Source: a virus
Taxonomy: Duplodnaviria > Caudoviricetes
DNA: 28,320 nt
Direction: 5' to 3' (one strand)
Virus record (IMG/VR): IMGVR_UViG_3300027890_000010
Coordinates: 1-28,320 of that record
Both the position numbers and the translations under genes were made by a program. Shown piece by piece: positions 1 to 10,105 of this stretch (position 1 is the stretch's first letter; the number at the start of each line of letters is the position of its first letter). The notes beneath the pieces were generated by a model. It made no database searches. It was not told the origin of the DNA and was given only the letters and a program-made list of their open reading frames with translations.

Positions 1-2
1 TA

Positions 3-92
3 GTTAAGGACCCCGACCTGAAAAAGTACCGCAAGATGCAGGCTGGCAAAGACAAGCAGAGGAAGAAGAATCTAGTCGAACCACTTGACTAA
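3..92 (+). CDS. 3' end of an upstream hypothetical gene (partial)
   Basis: Open frame VKDPDLKKYRKMQAGKDKQRKKNLVEPLD ending at TAA 90-92; start lies outside the window. Confidence 0.4.
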   Translation, partial: VKDPDLKKYRKMQAGKDKQRKKNLVEPLD

Positions 93-113
93 TCCTCCAG
101 GCTAACGTAGTAT
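85..113 (+). promoter_or_regulatory. sigma70-type promoter
   Basis: TTGACT (85-90), 17-nt spacer, TAGTAT (108-113), upstream of ORF 151. Confidence 0.75.
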
Positions 114-150
114 TCTGACTGTAAGGAGTGGTCAGTTTCTGGAGGTCCCC

Positions 151-693
151 ATGGCAATCAAGGTTCTCTGCTCTGCCTCTGACCCCGGTGCGGTGCTCGA
201 TGAGTACTGGACCAACGAGGCCAAATTCCCGGTCTACCTGAAGACCTTTGCGAAGGGTTGCGTCGTCAACCTCCGTGAGTACAACGGGTATGACGACTCT
301 GACTTCTATGCCGTCTACTGGGACGAGGAGTCCGGGTCCTTCAAGGAGACTTGCTACGCTTCGACTCGGGGCTGGACCTACCCCTGCGGTGCGGCGATTG
401 ACGCTTCGCCTGAGTTGATCGAGAAGTACCGGGCCTATGAGAAGGCATTGACCCTGGCTTACTTTGAGGCTAAGGCCGCTGTTGAGAATGCCAAGCCCAA
501 AGTCGGCAAGACGGTGAAGGTGATTCGTTCGGTGCGTGGCAAGGCTGCGCTGAAGGGCGGCGAGACGGGTAAGGTGTTCTGGTACGGAGTTGACTCCTTC
601 TCCCGCAGTTACAACCCCGGCTACCGGGTGGGTATCGAGCTTGAGGGTGGTAGGAAGGTGTTCGTCAGTGCCGGTGCGGTGGAGGTGATTTGA
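151..693 (+). CDS. Hypothetical phage protein, possible C-terminal SH3/KOW-like barrel
   Basis: 180-aa ORF with GGAGG RBS; C-terminal KVGKTVKV...GETGKVFW...RVGIE beta pattern. Confidence 0.75.
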   Translation: MAIKVLCSASDPGAVLDEYWTNEAKFPVYLKTFAKGCVVNLREYNGYDDSDFYAVYWDEESGSFKETCYASTRGWTYPCGAAIDASPELIEKYRAYEKALTLAYFEAKAAVENAKPKVGKTVKVIRSVRGKAALKGGETGKVFWYGVDSFSRSYNPGYRVGIELEGGRKVFVSAGAVEVI

Positions 694-887
694 TGGGCGA
701 GATATGGAGGGTGCAGGGGCTTGTCCTAGTAGACGGTGAGGAGATGGTGAGCATTTCTGTAGAGGTAAATACTGCGGAGGCGGCTCATACCTTGGCTACA
801 GAGATGGGTGCCGGCATAACCCGAGGATTAGTCGAGGCACATAGAAAACTCCTTGGTGGTGAGGAGGGGGTTCCGGAGGAGATTTGA
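693..887 (+). CDS. Hypothetical protein
   Basis: TGATG coupling at 691-695; GGAGG at 681-685. Confidence 0.65.
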   Translation: MGEIWRVQGLVLVDGEEMVSISVEVNTAEAAHTLATEMGAGITRGLVEAHRKLLGGEEGVPEEI

Positions 888-912
888 CAACCCACCTACC
901 TTCTGGTAGGAT
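884..912 (+). promoter_or_regulatory. sigma70-type promoter
   Basis: TTGACA (884-889), 17 nt, TAGGAT (907-912); TAAGGAGTG RBS at 930-938. Confidence 0.8.
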
Positions 913-942
913 GCAGTTGTTGGGGTGGATAAGGAGTGTGAA

Positions 943-1059
943 GTGTTCTCTACTGGTTACGGTGTGGTCGTTGACGTTGCCAAGGGTCTGGTGCTTGTGA
1001 CCCTGGCTGACGGTTCGGTGAAGTCCTTCCCCTGGAAGGCAAGTGCGGTGAAGTTCTGA
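943..1059 (+). CDS. Small hypothetical protein, 38 aa (not in ORF track)
   Basis: GTG start after TAAGGAG; MFSTGYGVVVDVAKGLVLVTLADGSVKSFPWKASAVKF; fills the gap between the promoter and ORF 1071. Confidence 0.65.
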   Translation: MFSTGYGVVVDVAKGLVLVTLADGSVKSFPWKASAVKF

Positions 1060-1070
1060 GGAGGTTCAGG

Positions 1071-1556
1071 ATGGCATACCTCATCAAGTCGATTGAGTAT
1101 CACAAGGCTGCGATTGCTGCCGCTGAGGCAGATACGAAACGAATCAAGAGTGACCCGTGCTGGGAGAACTCCGAGTCCGGGCTTTCCCTCTGGTCCAATT
1201 CCACGATGCGTGACTACCACAGTAAGGCAATTGCTGCCCTTGAGGCAGGTGCCAAGCTGGGTATCGAGGGGCCGGCGGGAGATGTCTTCGTTCTTGTTGA
1301 CGCTGACGGTAACATCGTGGCTGACAAGACGTATGGCAAGAGTTTCAATGGGCACATGTCCTACTCTTGGTATCTCTATCCGGCTGCGGCTGAGAAGTTT
1401 GGCAGGAAGTACGTGCCGAAGGGCAGCAAGTCGAAGATACAGAAGAGTCTTGGTCTCAAGGAGGAGTGGAAGATGGTGCCGGTGAAGTCGTACTTTGACG
1501 CTCACTGTGCCTACGTGGGTGCTCCGGTGTGGTTCAGTCTGGTGCCTAGTCTCTGA
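1071..1556 (+). CDS. Hypothetical protein
   Basis: 161-aa ORF with GAGGAGG RBS. Confidence 0.75.
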   Translation: MAYLIKSIEYHKAAIAAAEADTKRIKSDPCWENSESGLSLWSNSTMRDYHSKAIAALEAGAKLGIEGPAGDVFVLVDADGNIVADKTYGKSFNGHMSYSWYLYPAAAEKFGRKYVPKGSKSKIQKSLGLKEEWKMVPVKSYFDAHCAYVGAPVWFSLVPSL

Positions 1557-1558
1557 CC

Positions 1559-1984
1559 ATGAAACAGTTCGGCACGTTGTTTGAAGATGAGCCTCCCACT
1601 AAAGCGGAGGCTCTGAAACGTGCCGAGTATGTTTCGGAGTTTATGCTTCAAGAGATAGTCCCGTCTTGGTTGTCGAGTGCGGAACATGCCCACATCCGTA
1701 TCTACCACCCTGATGATATGGAGGGGTGGAAGTTCGTTGCGGTGCTTCTGCTCTCTGGGTTCCAGTACGAAGAGTTCAAAGCCCGGTTGCCGTATGCGGA
1801 TGAGGTCCTGGTGCATGAGGGGAACCTAATCAGCAAGACGATAATCACCCTGGATGCAACCGTCATGACCCTGGTGACGACCATGACCCCGTTGACAGAT
1901 GAGAACCGGGAAGAGGGGTTGCAACTGATTTCACTTTTTCAGGGGGGGATGTCGGCTCCCGAGGATAAGCGGAGGCTCAACTGA
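1559..1984 (+). CDS. Hypothetical protein
   Basis: 141-aa ORF tightly packed between neighbours. Confidence 0.65.
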   Translation: MKQFGTLFEDEPPTKAEALKRAEYVSEFMLQEIVPSWLSSAEHAHIRIYHPDDMEGWKFVAVLLLSGFQYEEFKARLPYADEVLVHEGNLISKTIITLDATVMTLVTTMTPLTDENREEGLQLISLFQGGMSAPEDKRRLN

Positions 1985-2145
1985 TGTACGCAGTCAGACT
2001 AGCAGATTCGAAACAAGTCCTAGCCCTGCGAAAGACAATGGCTGGGGCAGCGGCTGTTGCCAAGAAACGGTCTTTGACATGTCCCGCCAAGCTTGAGGTG
2101 GTTGAGGTTTTGCCGGATACTGCCAAGGGCAAACGTAAGGAGTGA
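1984..2145 (+). CDS. Small basic hypothetical protein, 53 aa (not in ORF track)
   Basis: TGATG coupling, GGAGG upstream; MYAVRLADSKQVLALRKTMAGAAAVAKKRSLTCPAKLEVVEVLPDTAKGKRKE. Confidence 0.6.
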   Translation: MYAVRLADSKQVLALRKTMAGAAAVAKKRSLTCPAKLEVVEVLPDTAKGKRKE

Positions 2146-2148
2146 GTG

Positions 2149-2643
2149 ATGCCTACCTCTGGGATTCTCAAAGGCGACCTCGTTCTTTACAAAGGAGTCA
2201 AGTACAAGGTCGAGTTTGCCGGGAAAACCAAGTTCGGTTTTCGAGCCAAGCTCAGCTACCTCAATGGTACGAAAGAATTCTGGGTGAACCTCTCGGACCT
2301 GACTCCGGTGGAGTCGTCTCCTGAGAAAGAGTTCCCAGAGCATATCCTGTCTATGGATGAAAGTCTGAGTTTGGTAGAGAGTCTGTTGAAGCCGGCAATT
2401 CAGGCAAAGAGTGCCAAGCCGATTCTTAAGTCAAAGAAGACCCCCTTCGATAGTGGTCCCCCTAATCCTGAGGAGAAGTCCAAGAAGCCGGTTCAAGTGA
2501 ATCCAATCTATGCAACCTCTGAGCAGATTAAGGCTTTGTCAAACTTGAAGGTGCTTAAGCCAGAGTTGGGAGAGGTTGAATTCGAAAAGCTGAGTTACGT
2601 TGAGGCTGACAAACTTCTCAGGAGTACGTTGGCTTTACTCTGA
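2149..2643 (+). CDS. Hypothetical protein, possible N-terminal SH3-like domain
   Basis: TAAGGAG RBS at 2136-2142; GDLVLYKGVKYKVEF beta pattern followed by a Pro/Lys-rich linker. Confidence 0.7.
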   Translation: MPTSGILKGDLVLYKGVKYKVEFAGKTKFGFRAKLSYLNGTKEFWVNLSDLTPVESSPEKEFPEHILSMDESLSLVESLLKPAIQAKSAKPILKSKKTPFDSGPPNPEEKSKKPVQVNPIYATSEQIKALSNLKVLKPELGEVEFEKLSYVEADKLLRSTLALL

Positions 2644-2668
2644 TGATTGGAGGAAATATCCTTGAGTA

Positions 2669-3598
2669 ATGCAATACGCTATTGCTCTCAAATATAACCC
2701 CTATCATGACCCCAAATCGGGGCGATTCACGTTTAAGCACGGTATCGGTGCTAATTTTGTAGATGGTGTTTGGGTTGGACATACCGGCAAACCTTTACCA
2801 GAACGCATTCTGGCTAAGATAAAAAAGCATGGGGTTACCGGTGCCACTCATGATGTGCAAGTAAACGACAATGATGAGGACCATTTACAGATCGTTGGGA
2901 AGGATGCCAAGGGCAAGACTCAGTACTGGTATTCCAGTGAGCATAAGAACAAAGCTGCCGCTGACAAATTCAAAAGGCTGAAGGCTTTCCACAAAGCTAT
3001 TCCCAGGGTTTCAGCAAAGGTGGAGAAGATCCTAACCGGTAAGCGCACTAGCCCAGTTGACAGAGACTGTGCGGCTATTTGTCGAATGATTGAGTTGACT
3101 GGATTTAGGGTAGGATCAAAGGAAGATACCGGGGCAGATGTCAAAGCTTACGGTGCTACTACCATGTTGCGGGAACACGTTAAGGTAGACGGGGATTCGA
3201 TCTCCTTTGATTTCATAGGCAAGAAGGGAGTCAGGCAACAGAAGACCATAACCGATCCTATCCTTGCTAGATATCTTGAATCCAAGGGTGAGGGCAGGCT
3301 ATTCCCTGATGTGACTTACAGTAAGGTTGACCGGTTCTTTGATGATATCTCAGGGGACAAGTTTTCTCTCAAGGACTATAGAACGTGGCACGGCACCACC
3401 ATTGCTTTGAGAGAGTTGGCTAAGTATGCCGAGCCCTCTACCAAGAAAGAAGCCACGGCTATCAGACAAGTAGTACTGAAAGAGGTGTCGGACTTCTTAG
3501 GCAACACTCCTGCTATAGCGAAGGATAGCTATGTTGATCCTGCCGTATGGGGACCCCTGGACAAGCTTCTTATCACTAGAAAGAAGAAGGCTAAATGA
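2669..3598 (+). CDS. DNA topoisomerase IB (bacterial/poxvirus type) with N-terminal shared tag
   Basis: GKDAKGKTQYWY, FRVGS, YGATT, FDFIGKKG, FSLKDYRTW and LGNTPAIAKDSYVDP match TopIB motifs including catalytic Arg, Lys, Arg and Tyr. Starts LKYNPYHDPKSGRFT. Confidence 0.92.
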   Translation: MQYAIALKYNPYHDPKSGRFTFKHGIGANFVDGVWVGHTGKPLPERILAKIKKHGVTGATHDVQVNDNDEDHLQIVGKDAKGKTQYWYSSEHKNKAAADKFKRLKAFHKAIPRVSAKVEKILTGKRTSPVDRDCAAICRMIELTGFRVGSKEDTGADVKAYGATTMLREHVKVDGDSISFDFIGKKGVRQQKTITDPILARYLESKGEGRLFPDVTYSKVDRFFDDISGDKFSLKDYRTWHGTTIALRELAKYAEPSTKKEATAIRQVVLKEVSDFLGNTPAIAKDSYVDPAVWGPLDKLLITRKKKAK

Positions 3599-4713
3599 AC
3601 AAAGATTTGTCAGACTATGAGGTGATGGAGGAGTTCTTTGAGACTCGGCATTATGCTGGGTCTGATAAAGTGTTCAAGCACAATTCTTTTTCCCTCATTC
3701 TGAAAGAGAAGAAAGATACTGCCGAGGAAAGGCTAGCTCAGCTTAAGAAGCTTCCGTCCTCTTTTGAGGTGAAGAAGCTTATCAAAATCTTGGAGGAGTG
3801 GTTAGACAATAAGAAGTTCAAGCAACGACCTGGGATAGCCGGTTTCAGTCTCCAGAAGACTAAGGAGATGATGGCATTTCATGATTGGATGACGCAAACC
3901 CCAGACGGTATTCAGTGGTACAACGATTATCAGAATGCCCTGTATAAGCATCCTGGGGACCCGGAATACTACTGGGAACAGCGGTACGTTTATAAGCAGA
4001 TTCTCAAATTCAACAAGTGCCATGACCCTAAGACTGGTAAATTCTGTACCGGTCCAGGGTTTGGTTTTGTGTCTCCTTCTACTGAAGAGAATTCCATTTC
4101 ACCTTCTGTTGCTTCTGAGAGAACGCATTCTGATTTACAGAAGAGATTTTTAGAGGTTGGTAAGAAGATTGATTCTCTTCTTGGTTTGAGGTCACGTATT
4201 GTGAGTGCTGTGGGGGCCTGGGCAGATGGTGCAGAGAACACCACGATGACTACATATGAGGGAGCCCGGTATCAAGAAGTGCGGGTTGCCTCAGCAATGA
4301 AGGGGTTGTTAGGACTGCAAAAGGCAGTAATTCCTTTTCAGTCTACTAAGAAAGGTAAAGCTCGCATTCTTAGCTTTTCACTTCCTGTAAGTGACCCTAG
4401 TGTGGTCAATGAATTTCTTGTGCGTAATGGTGTGGAGTTCCATACCCTGGTCCCAAAGGGAGAGTCTACTGAGGTAGTAGTGTTTTCTCCAGAAGCGGAT
4501 AGAAAGTTGTCTCACGCTGTTAATCTAGCCGCAAAGGCTGGTGGGTCAAAGGTAAAGAAGTATAAAGGAGATGGAGAATTTTTAGGCTCTTGGGATTCCA
4601 GGGACGAAGGCAGGGCTGTGTATGAGAAGGTTATTGGTGACTATCTAAAGGACAAGCCCGCTAAACGTAAGATGTGGAATGATCTCAAGACTTCTTTTGA
4701 ATATGGAGTGTGA
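3595..4713 (+). CDS. Hypothetical protein with internal tag followed by an unrecognised domain
   Basis: ATGA coupling; YKQILKFNKCHDPKTGKFC at 3991-4047. Confidence 0.8.
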   Translation: MNKDLSDYEVMEEFFETRHYAGSDKVFKHNSFSLILKEKKDTAEERLAQLKKLPSSFEVKKLIKILEEWLDNKKFKQRPGIAGFSLQKTKEMMAFHDWMTQTPDGIQWYNDYQNALYKHPGDPEYYWEQRYVYKQILKFNKCHDPKTGKFCTGPGFGFVSPSTEENSISPSVASERTHSDLQKRFLEVGKKIDSLLGLRSRIVSAVGAWADGAENTTMTTYEGARYQEVRVASAMKGLLGLQKAVIPFQSTKKGKARILSFSLPVSDPSVVNEFLVRNGVEFHTLVPKGESTEVVVFSPEADRKLSHAVNLAAKAGGSKVKKYKGDGEFLGSWDSRDEGRAVYEKVIGDYLKDKPAKRKMWNDLKTSFEYGV

Positions 4714-4714
4714 C

Positions 4715-4882
4715 ATGTCTTTCATTGAAGAGTTACAGAAGATTTTTGATGAGCAGCATGGTGCCGTAAACGATCCTCTTAATCCTGGTATGTCGGAAGA
4801 GGAAGAGGATGCGGATGAGAACACTATTGATGCTACCGAAGAGAACTTGGGCTTTGTGATTACCCCGTCAAAGAGGCAGTGA
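4715..4882 (+). CDS. Small acidic protein, candidate partner/immunity protein
   Basis: ATG at 4715 after GGAG; 55 aa with SEEEEDADE; coupled to next gene. Confidence 0.6.
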   Translation: MSFIEELQKIFDEQHGAVNDPLNPGMSEEEEDADENTIDATEENLGFVITPSKRQ

Positions 4883-6219
4883 TGTTCCAGAGCATACTCA
4901 AGTACAACAAGTGCCATGAACCCGGTGGTTCTAACAAGGGTGGGCAGTTTTGTTCTTCAGGGGATACCTCTATCCCCAAGGGCTTTGATGCTAAAGCCTG
5001 GGGTGATATGCCTTTCATGGAAAAGCGGGAAGCTTGGAAGAGCCTTTCCCGACAAGAAAAAGATGCAATGGGAAGCCCGAGAACAACTGTTAAAGTTCGG
5101 ATGGATGAGTTGTTAGAAGAGTTGGGCGAGCGGCCTAATACCAAGGATCTGGAACAAGACATCACTGATCGAATTGCAGCCGCCAAGGATCTGATTCCTG
5201 ACGATGCCAGGGCTTTGGCTAGGGAGATGATGGGGGACGTTACCAAGTCTCTGCGTGAGGCTGGAGTATCTGAAGACGGCATCCGGGAAATTTCAATGGA
5301 TGCTGTTGACCATTTGCTTGCCCAGGACATCGAATCCCAAGGCAGAACTTTGGGGGATCACGGCATTCATCATTTGAAGGGTGATGCCGACATGGCAAAG
5401 GAGATCTTGTCCGTTCTGCCTGGGAATCATAATTCGGCTGAAAACCGATTGATGATGAATCTGGCTGCGGTGTATCATGATGCAGGGTATTTGACCCCTC
5501 CCTCTCGGGCCTTTTTAGATGCCGACCATCCCCGGTGGTCCGCTCAGTATTTCAATGAGCATGTGGGTCCTATGCTGAAGAATCATTTCAGCAAGGACTA
5601 TGTACAGATGCTCTCCCAGATCATCTATAGCCACGATCACACTGGAGTGAACTGGGAAACTGAGCCTGAGCTTTCTGCCTTTTCTACTGCCGATAACATG
5701 GCTCTTTTCCATAAGGAAAAGATGCCTGCTCTGGTTCGATACGTGCCGGCTAACACTAAAGTGTTGGTGGACCTAGCCCGTAAGTCTATTACGGTAGAGG
5801 AGGCTCAGAATAGGATGCTGGCTAACGTGGCTAGTTCTTCTTTGACCAAACAAGTCAAGAGCCAGCTATCGAAGGCTGTTCCTGAGGTATCGGGTCTCCT
5901 GCCCAAGTTTACTTTGGGTATGGTGGGCACAAAGTATGAAGGTGTTTCTTGGAACAAAGATCATCTGGTTGTCAATGTTTCCAAGACTACGGCTAATGAG
6001 GAGTTGTCTAAGGTCCTCGATTTAGGACAGAAGCAATTCCAGAAGCTGGCTGAGACATATGGTAAGTCAGCCGATGAGTTCATTGAGAACAAACACCTTA
6101 CGATTGACGATGGCAAGAAGACTCTGATCGAAGTAAATCTGCATACTGTCACCAAGAAAGCAGAAGAGTTCTTCAGACGTACCTTTGCCAAGTATTTTGC
6201 TGCCGGTATGTGGGGGTAA
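4882..6219 (+). CDS. HD-domain metal-dependent phosphohydrolase with N-terminal tag
   Basis: DHGIHH, AAVYHDAGY, HPRWS, IIYSHD and TADN give the H...HD...H...H...D pattern; starts ILKYNKCHEPGGSNKGGQFC. Confidence 0.82.
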   Translation: MFQSILKYNKCHEPGGSNKGGQFCSSGDTSIPKGFDAKAWGDMPFMEKREAWKSLSRQEKDAMGSPRTTVKVRMDELLEELGERPNTKDLEQDITDRIAAAKDLIPDDARALAREMMGDVTKSLREAGVSEDGIREISMDAVDHLLAQDIESQGRTLGDHGIHHLKGDADMAKEILSVLPGNHNSAENRLMMNLAAVYHDAGYLTPPSRAFLDADHPRWSAQYFNEHVGPMLKNHFSKDYVQMLSQIIYSHDHTGVNWETEPELSAFSTADNMALFHKEKMPALVRYVPANTKVLVDLARKSITVEEAQNRMLANVASSSLTKQVKSQLSKAVPEVSGLLPKFTLGMVGTKYEGVSWNKDHLVVNVSKTTANEELSKVLDLGQKQFQKLAETYGKSADEFIENKHLTIDDGKKTLIEVNLHTVTKKAEEFFRRTFAKYFAAGMWG

Positions 6220-6220
6220 C

Positions 6221-7099
6221 ATGTTCAGGAAGATCCTCAAGAGCAATCCTTGTCATGAGCCTTCTGGTAGCCCAAAGGGGGGACAGTTTTGTTCTGGGGA
6301 TGGTAAGGGTGGAGGCAGTGTTAGTAACCCAAGTATGGGTAAGTTTGCTAAGACCGCAGCCACTATTTTTGCTGCTGTAATGATAGCTGTTAATGAGAAG
6401 GTTTTTGATCCAAAATTGCCAGAGCAGGTTACTCAGGAAGCAACAACAAAAGAGGATATGTATAAGAAGGCTTCTGAAGCCTTACCTCTGTATGAGAAGT
6501 TCATGGGAAATGTAGCTAAGATCTTAGATGCTACCGTGTCTCATGATCTCATGCGGTCTTTAGATGATGCTGAGTCTGGTATAAAAGGACCTGTGGTTGT
6601 TATTGCTCCGTTGAAAGAAGAGAGTTCTTTCATGCGAAAGGTTGTTAAAGAGAATAACGGGGTTTTCGCTTCTGTTTTGGATCTGGTTAGGGGTATGGTT
6701 ATGGTAGATACCATAGCTGAAATTCCACAGGTTATTGATGCGTTGAAGGCTTCTGGGGCAGTCTTTGCCAGACCAGTAAAGAATAGGTTTGAGAAGCCTA
6801 CTCCGTCTGGATACAGAGATATTATGATGAATATTAAGTTGCCTAATGGGCACATTGCAGAAATTCAAGTTAATACCAAAGACATGGTGGTAGCTAAAGA
6901 GCGAAAGGGGCATCCTTTATATGCTGTGGAAAGGGAACTTACTGGACAAATAGGAGTTGAGAAAAGGCAACCCACCCCAGAAGAGGCTAGGCGCATTAAA
7001 GAATTACAGGATGCTCAAAACGAGGTGTACAAGACAGCATTTGAGCGGTCTCTTGGTATTAGAAAGAGTGAGAGGGTAAAAAAAGCATGGCTACTGTAA
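6221..7099 (+). CDS. RelA/SpoT-like nucleotidyltransferase domain protein with N-terminal tag
   Basis: PLKEESSFMRKV, DLVRG, SGYRDIMMN, EIQVNT and GHPLY resemble the synthetase motifs. Start moved to ATG 6221 (MFRKILKSNPCHEP). Confidence 0.85.
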   Translation: MFRKILKSNPCHEPSGSPKGGQFCSGDGKGGGSVSNPSMGKFAKTAATIFAAVMIAVNEKVFDPKLPEQVTQEATTKEDMYKKASEALPLYEKFMGNVAKILDATVSHDLMRSLDDAESGIKGPVVVIAPLKEESSFMRKVVKENNGVFASVLDLVRGMVMVDTIAEIPQVIDALKASGAVFARPVKNRFEKPTPSGYRDIMMNIKLPNGHIAEIQVNTKDMVVAKERKGHPLYAVERELTGQIGVEKRQPTPEEARRIKELQDAQNEVYKTAFERSLGIRKSERVKKAWLL

Positions 7100-7284
7100 A
7101 GAAGTACTTGTATTTAGGTATGCCTTCTTATCGAGGGCAGTTCTATGAGTTTCCGAAGGTGTGGACTGGCAAAAGTTGGATGGATGTTGAAGACATCGAA
7201 TCCTGGGACATGAATGTAGACGAAATCTCTGAGGAGACGTTTCGTCAGAAGCTCAAAGAGATGGGTGGTACCTACCCTGGTTGA
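7087..7284 (+). CDS. Small protein, candidate partner/antitoxin of the RelA/SpoT-like gene
   Basis: 65-aa ORF overlapping the upstream stop, GAGG RBS, no tag. Confidence 0.65.
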   Translation: MATVKKYLYLGMPSYRGQFYEFPKVWTGKSWMDVEDIESWDMNVDEISEETFRQKLKEMGGTYPG

Positions 7285-7309
7285 CAAACAGGGGCTCTTT
7301 TGGTAGAGT
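7281..7309 (+). promoter_or_regulatory. sigma70-type promoter
   Basis: TTGACA (7281-7286), 17 nt, TAGAGT (7304-7309); TAAGGAGTG at 7330-7338. Confidence 0.72.
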
Positions 7310-7341
7310 GCCCCTGTAGGGTGGTTCAGTAAGGAGTGTCA

Positions 7342-9327
<1,986 letters not shown>

Positions 9328-9337
9328 TGGTAACCTC

Positions 9338-9366
9338 TTGATTTGAAGGGAACTTAAAAATACTAT
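9338..9366 (+). promoter_or_regulatory. Probable sigma70-type promoter
   Basis: TTGATT (9338-9343), 17 nt, TACTAT (9361-9366) in an AT-rich intergenic gap. Confidence 0.55.
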
Positions 9367-9395
9367 CTGGGCATCTTTTTGGAGGTGCCCCGATA

Positions 9396-9812
9396 GTGAA
9401 AACCACCTGTCCTAAGTGTAAAAGTTCTCAGGCATGGTACCGGTTAGATGACGATGAGGTGGTTCTGAAATGTATCTGCGGATTTTATCGGGTAGTGGCA
9501 TCAAGATATGGGGATACGCTGATAGAACATGTCGAGCCAAGAAGTAACGTATCCTTGCCAAGGAGGGAAACCAAATTGTGGGATTGCTTAATGGCTTTGT
9601 CTGCCCTAGAGCCAGCTTCAACCAAAGACATTACGCAATCGCTTAACGATAGAGGACGACTTCAACAGTCCTCCAGTGACATAGCCTCTCAGCTAACGGT
9701 GCTTCGATACAAAGGATTGGTGGAAGTAATTGACAATCGTAAAGGGCACTCGGGAGGCAGCACTTGGAGTTGTACAATAGCGGCTAGGGAACGAATAGGA
9801 GTGCGAAGGTAA
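9396..9812 (+). CDS. Zn-ribbon plus winged-helix DNA-binding protein
   Basis: CPKC...CICG at the N-terminus; STKDITQSL...IASQLTVLRYKGLVEV...GGSTW wHTH pattern. Confidence 0.7.
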   Translation: MKTTCPKCKSSQAWYRLDDDEVVLKCICGFYRVVASRYGDTLIEHVEPRSNVSLPRRETKLWDCLMALSALEPASTKDITQSLNDRGRLQQSSSDIASQLTVLRYKGLVEVIDNRKGHSGGSTWSCTIAARERIGVRR

Positions 9813-10105
9813 TGGCGTTAGTCATAGGAGTGACACAAGGGGCAACGGTTTTTATTGATGATGTACCCCTCACCGTGGTGAGTATTGCTGAGGAGTCCAT
9901 TACGGTCTCAGTTCAAGAACAGAAATTCATCCTCTCCCCCTATGAGTCAACAGAAGTACTCCCCAAGGTCTTCGTTAGCGTGGGGGTATCCCACCGTAGG
10001 CGAGGAGAGATCTTGCCTCGATTGTTGTTTGAGGCACCTCGATCCATTGCTATCAACCGTAAAGAACTTTATGAGCAGCACCAGAAAATTCCTCCTATCC
10101 CTTGA
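9812..10105 (+). CDS. CsrA/RsmA-like RNA-binding protein, extended
   Basis: C-terminal RLLFEAPRSIAINRKELY parallels CsrA RIGVNAPKEVSVHREEIY; N-terminal LVIGVTQGATVFID..LTVVSI parallels LILTRRVGETLMIG..VTVLGV. Confidence 0.62.
   Translation: MALVIGVTQGATVFIDDVPLTVVSIAEESITVSVQEQKFILSPYESTEVLPKVFVSVGVSHRRRGEILPRLLFEAPRSIAINRKELYEQHQKIPPIP

Noticed and set aside
4882-6219. HD protein as a SpoT/Mesh1-type alarmone hydrolase
   Set aside because: It reads HDAGY and lacks the HDxxED signature; only a generic HD call is supported.
7288-7317. Intrinsic terminator after the first tagged cluster
   Set aside because: Stem is present but no following U-tract; reported only as a promoter-overlapping inverted repeat.
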